From: Mycobacterium tuberculosis H37Rv
GTDB taxonomy: Bacteria > Actinomycetota > Actinomycetes > Mycobacteriales > Mycobacteriaceae
DNA length: 32,000 bases
NCBI RefSeq assembly: GCF_000195955.2
Contig: NC_000962.3
Coordinates: 1,140,001 to 1,172,000 of the forward strand
Reading direction: 5' to 3'
In this document: piece by piece, positions 23,377 through 29,370 of the stretch
Position numbering within the stretch: position 1 is the first letter of the stretch
Layout of the letters: the number at the start of each line of letters is the position of its first letter
Notes under the pieces: model-generated
Seen by the model: the letters and a program-made list of their open reading frames with translations, nothing else
Database searches by the model: none
What the model was told of the DNA's origin: nothing
Made by a program: the position numbers and the translations under genes

Positions 23377-23897
23377 CCATTGCTCCTTGTGTGTGAAACC
23401 TGCCGGCCGCTAGCACCCCGGGCCGACCCTGTGTGTTTGCGTACGGCTGCCTGTGGATTGGCGTAACGCTAACCGGCCAAGCCTCCACAGTCGCGACCGA
23501 AAGGCATGGGACGCCCGACGTTTACGGTTTTTTAACGTTTACGTCAGCATCCTTAACAAGGTCTTGGCGGCTGACATGGCGGTGTGATCTGGTGCCCGGG
23601 CTAGCACACTTCGGCACACAAATGAGACGCGCGGCGCGCGGATTCTAGGCGAATGACGGCTCTTTCGCACCTGGCGTGTCGCGGTAGGGTTGGTGCACTG
23701 GATCGGGTCCAAGCGCTACATTCGCCGTCAAGCCTCCACAGCCCGATTGGCAGAGGCAGCGGACAATCCGCGCTCACGGGTGCTGGCGTTTGCTAGTGCC
23801 GGTAATCTTCGAAAGAGTCGCTTCTAACTGCCAATATGCCGGGTCGAAGCCACTGTCCAGCACTGTCGGCATCCAGATGGGGGCGTTGGCGCGCTGA

Positions 23898-24150
23898 TCG
23901 ATACGCCGTCTGCGCGGCTCCCGGCACAATGAGTTCGTGCCCGATTCCTGGCCGGTCGTTTGCGTTGACGACTGGTCTGTTGCCGGCCTGGAGACCCAGG
24001 GGCAACACCCGCACGATTGGCTCAAACATTCTTCGCAGAAGCGGACGTGGCTCTTCAAGCCGGCGCGACCGGAGCGCGATCGTTTACTCGGCGAAGACGT
24101 GGCAGAAAAGCTCGCCAGCGAGTTGGCGCGGCTACGCGATGTCTCCACAA
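23898..24150 (+). pseudogene. HipA_C-type Ser/Thr kinase (toxin-like) gene, N-terminal fragment
   Basis: The frame opens after the TGA at 23895-23897. It reads ...HNEFVPDSWPVVCVDDWSVAGLETQGQHPHDWLKHSSQKRTWLFKPARPERDRLLGEDVAEKLASELARL, then degenerates (RDVSTTRGEAHPSCKC*). This matches the N-terminal pattern D.W...G...K.WL...WLFK....GED..EK.A.E.A of HipA-like kinases. Confidence 0.6.
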
Positions 24151-24163
24151 CAAGAGGGGAAGC

Positions 24164-24571
24164 TCACCCGTCGTGCAAATGCTGAGCGGGGGTCTGGTCG
24201 GTCAGCGTGAACCCGAGGCTGGCCGCGTGGTCGAACGATGGGCACAGCGCCTCCACATACTTTGTCTCCAGCGGCGGCACATGGACCGCCCAGTTGCGGT
24301 CGTGACGATCACCGTGGGCGATCAATGCGTCGAACGCGAGGTAGGTCGAAAGCGCGGAACGTGGGTAGGAGCGCTTGGTCGGCAGGTGCTGCGAACCGAG
24401 CAAGCGCCTGCTGGATCGCCTCGACGTTGTGCCCACGTTGCCCGGGATCGTCCCGGTCGCAGTTGAGCACAACCTCGGGCATCAATGCTTGCGGCAACCG
24501 CACGTCCTTGACCAGCGCACCGCGCACGCCGTCACGGACAGCCAGCTGGACCGGTGCCGCAGGTATCCCGA
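24164..24571 (-). pseudogene. HipA_C-type kinase gene, middle and C-terminal fragment (inverted relative to the N-terminal piece, frameshifted, abuts the IS end)
   Basis: The minus strand starting at the IS boundary reads (L)VGIPAAPVQLAVRDGVRGALVKDV...GHNVEAIQQALARFAAP (frame of ORF 24309-24692). It then shifts frame to ...STYLAFDALIAHGDRHDRNWAVHVPP...LCPSFDHAASLGFTLTD (ORF 24164-24472). GDRHDRN and SFDHA correspond to the HipA catalytic-loop and Mg-binding motifs. Confidence 0.65.
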
Positions 24572-25435
24572 CTAGGGCGTGTCTCCCAATTTCGGAGTTC
24601 CCACTCGGGCGTGGATGACGGCGCAGGCCAGCAGGACGCCGCCGAGGTAGGTCAGGGCGTATTTGTCGTAGCGGGTTGCGATGCCGCGCCACTGCTTGAG
24701 TCGATGGAAGCCGCGTTCGACGGTGTTGCGTAGCCCGTAGAGCGCGGCGTCGAATGCTGGTGGCCGCCCGCCGGCAGACCCCTTGGCCTTGCGCCGGTCG
24801 ATCTGATCTTGGCGTTCGGGGATGGTGTGCTTGATCTTCTTAGACCGTAATGCGGCACGGGTACTTGGGTGTGAGTAGGCCTTGTCGGCGAGTAAGCGGA
24901 AATCCGTGCTGCCCAGGGCGTATTCGGTGCTGGCATGGCGATAGTCGTCGAGCAGGGGCAGCAGTTGCGGGTTGTCGCCGGCCTGGCCTGCGGTCAACCG
25001 GATCCGCACCGGGGCTTCGCGCTGATCGGTCAGGGCATGGATCTTGGTGGTCAGCCCGCCGCGCGAGCGGCCGATCGCATGATCGTCGGGTTCATCGGCG
25101 GATTTCTTGTAATCCGACAGTGCCCCCTGTGGCGAGCGTGTCCGAGCAGGCGCCCGCCGAATGCTGGTGTGCCCGCACGTTCGTGGAATCCACCGACAGC
25201 AGCTTCTCGATATCCTCGGCCACCTCAGCGTCCACCCCGAACACCGCGGCAACGTGGGCGAACACCTCGTCGCAGGTACCATCCAGCGACCAACGGTGAT
25301 GGCGCTTCCACACCGTTTGCCACGGCCCGAACTCAGCGGGCAGGTCCCGCCACGGACTTCCCGTACGGAACCGCCACGCGATCCCTTCCAGGATAAGCCG
25401 GTGATCGCTAAACCGTCTGCCGGGCTTGCCCTCAT
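24572..25435 (-). CDS. IS-like-2 transposase orfB, DDE catalytic part (Rv1041c)
   Basis: The real homology begins around ...ADEPDDHAIGRSRGGLTTKIHALTD...LLADKAYSHPSTRAAL...NTVERGFHRLKQWRGIATRYDK. The N-terminal ~100 codons of the 287-aa ORF overlap orfA out of frame and are probably not translated as such. Confidence 0.85.
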   Translation of the reverse strand: MRASPADGLAITGLSWKGSRGGSVREVRGGTCPLSSGRGKRCGSAITVGRWMVPATRCSPTLPRCSGWTLRWPRISRSCCRWIPRTCGHTSIRRAPARTRSPQGALSDYKKSADEPDDHAIGRSRGGLTTKIHALTDQREAPVRIRLTAGQAGDNPQLLPLLDDYRHASTEYALGSTDFRLLADKAYSHPSTRAALRSKKIKHTIPERQDQIDRRKAKGSAGGRPPAFDAALYGLRNTVERGFHRLKQWRGIATRYDKYALTYLGGVLLACAVIHARVGTPKLGDTP

Positions 25436-25499
25436 GCGACGGCATCAACGGCTCGACCACGGCCCAGAACTCGTCCGAAATCACACCCACTCGCGTCAC
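25092..25499 (-). CDS. IS-like-2 transposase orfA, N-terminal DNA-binding part (Rv1042c)
   Basis: The sequence MTRVGVISDEFWAVVEPLMPSHEGKPGRRFSDHRLILEGIAWRFRTGSPWRDLPAEFGPWQTVWKRHHRWSLDGT is the DUF4096-type N-terminus of IS427/IS5 transposases. Confidence 0.88.
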   Translation of the reverse strand: MTRVGVISDEFWAVVEPLMPSHEGKPGRRFSDHRLILEGIAWRFRTGSPWRDLPAEFGPWQTVWKRHHRWSLDGTCDEVFAHVAAVFGVDAEVAEDIEKLLSVDSTNVRAHQHSAGACSDTLATGGTVGLQEIRR

Positions 25500-25619
25500 C
25501 GGCCAATCCTCGCTGGCCAGTACCTAAAAATTTGGGAGACACGCCCTAGGCGCGGGCTGCAGCGGTAGTACTTTGGCCTGTTCGGCGCATCTCCTATGGC
25601 TGCGGCCCGCTGGCTCAAA

Positions 25620-25699
25620 CCTTGCCTTGCCACGCCAAGCCATTCCTAGCCTTGCCTAGCCACACCATGCCCTGCCTAGACACAGCGAGCCTACGCCGC
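25620..25699. repeat. 5-bp phased CCNNN (mostly CCNNG) array: 12 perfect and 4 degenerate units, containing three CTAG sites
   Basis: The array reads CCttg CCttg CCacg CCaag CCatt CCtag CCttg CCtag CCaca CCatg CCctg CCtag aCaca GCgag CCtac GCcgc. CC falls at 25620, 25625, ... 25675 without exception. TAG stops are present on both strands in several frames, so I read it as non-coding. Confidence 0.8.
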
Positions 25700-25780
25700 G
25701 TCGAGTTCGGCGAAAATCAAACTGACCCACTACCACCGGATTGAAGGGTTTGGTGCGTGTTGATACGTCCCGGGTTGTGC

Positions 25781-26806
25781 CTATGGGAGGGTGTCCATCT
25801 CCACGATGCCGCCGAAGTCGAGTTCGTCGAGTGCTCGGATCACTTCGCTCGACGGGATGCCGCGATAGAAGGGTGCCGCGTTCGGTCCGGTGCCCGTCGA
25901 CGGTGCTTCCGCAGAGTCCTCGACCACGAGGCCGATCACACGGCCGTCTTGCGCAACGATCGGACCGCCGCTGTTGCCCGGCCGCGCGATTGCCGAGTAG
26001 AGGAAAATCTTCTGCCGGCCGGGGATAGTCGTCGCGGCCGGGTTGACCACCTCGCCACGCTGCACCGTGATCGCCATCTCCGCAGTCATCGGCACCCGCG
26101 GGTAACCGAACACGTAGACCTCATCCGCCCAGTCGGGATCACGGAACGCCATGCCGCCAAGCCGCGGGATGTACTTGCCTTCGGGCATCTCGAATTTGAT
26201 TACTGCGACGTCGAGCGTGGGGTGCGGGTGAGCGGTGCCCGAGAAGTTCACCAACTCGGCTTCGGCGTGGTTGCTTGACGGATAGACGGACAGACCTGCG
26301 CTCGTGCCCGCGAGCCCGGTCACGACATGTTTGTTGGTGATGACGTGATTGTGGTCGACGACGAGGCCGGTTCCCCAACTATCCACCGGATTGCCAGCGT
26401 CGTCGTGACCGGCGAGTTGAACGGTCACCGCGTTGTAGCTCGGGATGATGAGCTCGGCACCGAACACCTCGGACAACCAGAGGTTGCCGCCACGCTGTCC
26501 CTTCGATATCGCCCCCTGCGAGATGTACTTCTGCCCCATGACTGGCAATCGCGGGTCCCAACCGAGCGGCAGCAGAAGTCCCGCGCGTTCCATCGAGCTG
26601 AGGATGCGGTGGAGGGTCACCGCGTCGCCCGCGGCGGGCAGGCCGAGGGTGCTCAGGTATCGGGAGAAATCTGCGACCGACCACGGTTCGAAGGGCACCG
26701 TCGTCGGCAGACCGATATCCGAGTCAACCGGTGGTGGTTCGGGTTTGCCGATCGCCGCCGCAACCACCGGGTTGTGGACCAGCCCGAAGAATTGATGGGC
26801 GCACAT
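25781..26806 (-). CDS. Trypsin-like (S1/chymotrypsin-fold) serine protease with a ~140-aa N-terminal domain of unknown function (Rv1043c)
   Basis: The catalytic triad context is His in VVDHNHVITNKHVV, Asp in TLDVAVIKFE and Ser in ARPGNSGGPIVAQDGRVIGLVVE. I could not see a signal peptide or TM helix. The ATG at 26806 gives 341 aa; the ORF track extends to 26818. Confidence 0.85.
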   Translation of the reverse strand: MCAHQFFGLVHNPVVAAAIGKPEPPPVDSDIGLPTTVPFEPWSVADFSRYLSTLGLPAAGDAVTLHRILSSMERAGLLLPLGWDPRLPVMGQKYISQGAISKGQRGGNLWLSEVFGAELIIPSYNAVTVQLAGHDDAGNPVDSWGTGLVVDHNHVITNKHVVTGLAGTSAGLSVYPSSNHAEAELVNFSGTAHPHPTLDVAVIKFEMPEGKYIPRLGGMAFRDPDWADEVYVFGYPRVPMTAEMAITVQRGEVVNPAATTIPGRQKIFLYSAIARPGNSGGPIVAQDGRVIGLVVEDSAEAPSTGTGPNAAPFYRGIPSSEVIRALDELDFGGIVEMDTLP

Positions 26807-27052
26807 CGCCACGTTCACACGCCACGCAGGAGTCCCGGGCTTCAGGTCGGCCGCCGTGAGCTGTCGCGGTCAGGTGCTTTCCGCGCCATCCGCCGTCACC
26901 TCTGCCATGGTCCATCTACGGTATCTGCGACAAGGGCAGCGTCGATGCCTCGACATGCAGAGTCGGTGTTCGCTTCACGCGAACTAGGCGCGCCTAGCCT
27001 GGACGAGTCCCCGGGCCGACATTCGCCCGAGGCCTTGGCCTCCATCACCTAA

Positions 27053-27676
27053 TTGTGTGCAAAACCGTATCTAATTGATACGATTGCGCACATGGCTATC
27101 TGGGATCGCCTCGTCGAGGTTGCCGCCGAGCAACATGGCTACGTCACGACTCGCGATGCGCGAGACATCGGCGTCGACCCTGTGCAGCTCCGCCTCCTAG
27201 CGGGGCGCGGACGTCTTGAGCGTGTCGGCCGAGGTGTGTACCGGGTGCCCGTGCTGCCGCGTGGTGAGCACGACGATCTCGCAGCCGCAGTGTCGTGGAC
27301 TTTGGGGCGTGGCGTTATCTCGCATGAGTCGGCCTTGGCGCTTCATGCCCTCGCTGACGTGAACCCGTCGCGCATCCATCTCACCGTCCCGCGCAACAAC
27401 CATCCGCGTGCGGCCGGGGGCGAGCTGTACCGAGTTCACCGCCGCGACCTCCAGGCAGCCCACGTCACTTCGGTCGACGGAATACCCGTCACGACGGTTG
27501 CGCGCACCATCAAAGACTGCGTGAAGACGGGCACGGATCCTTATCAGCTTCGGGCCGCGATCGAGCGAGCCGAAGCCGAGGGCACGCTTCGTCGTGGGTC
27601 AGCAGCTGAGCTACGCGCTGCGCTCGATGAGACCACTGCCGGATTACGCGCTCGGCCGAAGCGAGCATCGGCGTGA
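27053..27676 (+). CDS. menA3: AbiEi-family antitoxin/transcriptional regulator MenA3 (Rv1044)
   Basis: The AbiEi_4-type N-terminal wHTH reads LVEVAAEQHGYVTTRDARDIGVDPVQLRLLAGRGRLERVGRGVYRV. There is a 4-nt GTGA overlap with the NTase gene. The coordinates follow the TTG at 27053 (207 aa). I consider the ATG at 27092 (MAIWDRL..., 194 aa) the more likely start. Confidence 0.88.
   Translation: MCAKPYLIDTIAHMAIWDRLVEVAAEQHGYVTTRDARDIGVDPVQLRLLAGRGRLERVGRGVYRVPVLPRGEHDDLAAAVSWTLGRGVISHESALALHALADVNPSRIHLTVPRNNHPRAAGGELYRVHRRDLQAAHVTSVDGIPVTTVARTIKDCVKTGTDPYQLRAAIERAEAEGTLRRGSAAELRAALDETTAGLRARPKRASA
27054..27092. promoter_or_regulatory. AT-rich imperfect palindrome at the menA3 5' end (putative AbiEi-type autoregulatory operator with a -10 element)
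   Basis: TGTGTGCAAAACCGTATC-TAATT-GATACGATTGCGCACA. The arms match at 14 of 16 positions with a 2-nt bulge, and the core is CGTATC/GATACG. The direct repeat CTAATTG occurs at 27049 and 27071, 22 bp apart. A TANNNT hexamer, TACGAT (27079-27084), lies about 7 nt before the ATG at 27092. Confidence 0.45.
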
Positions 27677-28554
27677 CCAAGCCCTATTCGTCGCCGCCAA
27701 CGAACCTGCGCTCACTACGAGATCGGCTCACCCAAGTAGCGGAACGGCAAGGTGTCGTGTTCGGTCGACTGCAGCGGCATGTCGCGATGATTGTTGTCGC
27801 ACAGTTCGCGGCCACGCTCACCGACGACACCGGCGCTCCGCTGCTGTTGGTCAAAGGCGGATCGTCGCTGGAACTGCGCCGGGGAATTCCCGATTCGCGG
27901 ACCTCCAAAGACTTCGACACGGTCGCACGTCGCGATATCGAATTAATCCATGAACAGCTCGCTGACGCGGGCGAGACGGGGTGGGAAGGATTCACTGCAA
28001 TCTTCACCGCCCCCGAAGAAATCGATGTTCCTGGTATGCCGGTCAAGCCGCGCCGATTCACCGCCAAGCTGAGCTACCGAGGCCGGGCTTTCGCAACTGT
28101 TCCGATCGAGGTCTCCTCCGTCGAAGCCGGCAATGCCGACCAATTCGACACCCTCACCTCAGACGCGCTCGGCCTCGTGGGCGTACCCGCAGCAGTCGCC
28201 GTACCCTGCATGACCATTCCCTGGCAAATCGCGCAGAAGCTGCACGCAGTAACTGCCGTGCTCGAAGAACCGAAGGTCAACGACCGCGCTCACGACCTGG
28301 TGGACTTGCAGCTTCTTGAAGGACTGTTGCTCGATGCCGACCTCATGCCGACGCGCAGCGCGTGCATCGCGATATTCGAAGCGCGCGCCCAGCATCCTTG
28401 GCCACCGAGAGTCGCCACGCTGCCGCACTGGCCGCTGATCTATGCAGGTGCGCTGGAGGGGCTTGACCACCTTGAACTCGCCAGGACGGTCGACGCGGCG
28501 GCCCAGGCAGTGCAGCGATTCGTTGCGCGGATTGATCGGGCGACGAAAAGATGA
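27673..28554 (+). CDS. menT3: AbiEii/DUF1814 nucleotidyltransferase toxin MenT3 (Rv1045)
   Basis: The NTase-fold signature is LLLVKGGSSLELRRGIPDSRTSKDFDTVAR (G-S ... D-x-D). Length is 293 aa and it is coupled to the upstream AbiEi gene. From memory, MenT3 is a published tRNA acceptor-stem-modifying toxin. Confidence 0.88.
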   Translation: MTKPYSSPPTNLRSLRDRLTQVAERQGVVFGRLQRHVAMIVVAQFAATLTDDTGAPLLLVKGGSSLELRRGIPDSRTSKDFDTVARRDIELIHEQLADAGETGWEGFTAIFTAPEEIDVPGMPVKPRRFTAKLSYRGRAFATVPIEVSSVEAGNADQFDTLTSDALGLVGVPAAVAVPCMTIPWQIAQKLHAVTAVLEEPKVNDRAHDLVDLQLLEGLLLDADLMPTRSACIAIFEARAQHPWPPRVATLPHWPLIYAGALEGLDHLELARTVDAAAQAVQRFVARIDRATKR

Positions 28555-28703
28555 GTGCTGGCGCGGCCTGCGGCGCACGGGAGAACACAGGGACCACCCC
28601 GGTTCCATAGTCAACGTCAGCGGTGCGGGTGTCGATCAGACGACGAATGGAATCGCCCTCGCATTCCTCGCGATCGAGTGCCTATGAGCCGCGCTCCTGC
28701 GGC

Positions 28704-29228
28704 CTAGGCGAGCGCTTCCGGGGCTCTCAGACATCGGCCTCGTGGCGGTGTGCGCGGCGGCATGTGGCTCTGTGATCTCTTGCGCGAGCGCCGATTGCGA
28801 ATTTCGTCCGGCGAAAAGTGACCGCTCCGTGACCTTAATGCAAGAGGTGTGTGGTGTGGAGAGGGGCGGGAGGAAGGGAGTGAGGCGACGGTGTCGAGAT
28901 GCAGCGAGGATTGGTGGACTTCCGGTAGTTGTTTAACAAGGCCCCGGAGACCAGGGGGCGAGGGAGAGCGCGGGCCGACTTGGGTGGGTGAGCCTGGCTT
29001 GGGCTGGTGCGTGAGCGGAGGATCGCTGGTGGCCCCGTAGTTGGCGTTGGCCTGCGGACGTGCCGCGCCTGCGAGGGATTCGTCAATCTTCCTGTTGATG
29101 TCGCCCGTGCCACGTCGGTGAGATGTCGAAGGGATGTGACCTGGTGCGTTCGCGAACAGCTGCTGACCACGGCCACCGACGGCGCTCAACTGTCGTCGAT
29201 TCCATCCCACCCGTGCTTGGACTTTCAA
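28704..29228 (-). CDS. Hypothetical ORF (Rv1046c-like); coding status doubtful
   Basis: It is an open frame only. The product is Pro/Arg/Ser-rich with no motif I recognise. By my hand count over ~320 bp, third-position GC is ~66% on both this frame and the codon-aligned opposite-strand ORF (29007-29360). That is below what I recall as typical for coding sequence in this genome (~80%, not measured here). Confidence 0.25.
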   Translation of the reverse strand: MKVQARVGWNRRQLSAVGGRGQQLFANAPGHIPSTSHRRGTGDINRKIDESLAGAARPQANANYGATSDPPLTHQPKPGSPTQVGPRSPSPPGLRGLVKQLPEVHQSSLHLDTVASLPSSRPSPHHTPLALRSRSGHFSPDEIRNRRSRKRSQSHMPPRTPPRGRCLRAPEALA

Positions 29229-29370
29229 ACTGTCCGGCGCCGATGGGGAAACCTGGTGTTTGGCCGGAACGTGGCGCCGAGCCTCGATAATATCAGCAGT
29301 TACGTCCAGGGGTGTGGTGTACGGGCAGGTAAGGCCGGTGGGCGTGTCGTAGCCCAGTAGTGGGCGGTCA

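Larger units (their letters stand above)
24572..25549 (-). mobile_element. IS5-family, IS427-group insertion sequence ('IS-like-2'), 978 bp including flanking CTAG
   Basis: The terminal inverted repeats are CTAGGGCGTGTCTCCCAA (24572-24589) and TTGGGAGACACGCCCTAG (25532-25549), a perfect 18 bp if the CTAG is included. CTAG (or its central TA) is present on both sides, as expected for a target-site duplication of this group. Confidence 0.85.

Noticed and set aside
23478-23741. A 13-bp direct repeat, CAAGCCTCCACAG, occurs at 23478-23490 and 23729-23741 upstream of PE8.
   Set aside because: By a rough count (about N^2/2 / 4^13), several exact 13-mer repeats are expected by chance in a 32-kb window. 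I found no further structure such as flanking similarity or an associated ORF.
24129-25556. GGCGCGG lies next to the TA at the N-terminal HipA fragment junction (ttGGCGCGGcTA) and again next to the TA at the IS right flank (TAGGCGCGGgct).
   Set aside because: It is only a 7-mer of pure G/C in GC-rich DNA, in the same rather than inverted orientation. That does not fit a simple inversion model, so I treat it as coincidence unless comparative data say otherwise.
28742-29360. Plus-strand ORFs 28742-28936, 28849-29040 and 29007-29360 lie opposite the Rv1046c-like frame.
   Set aside because: They carry no motifs and have the same mediocre GC3 as the opposite frame. They are kept only as part of the argument that this stretch may be non-coding.
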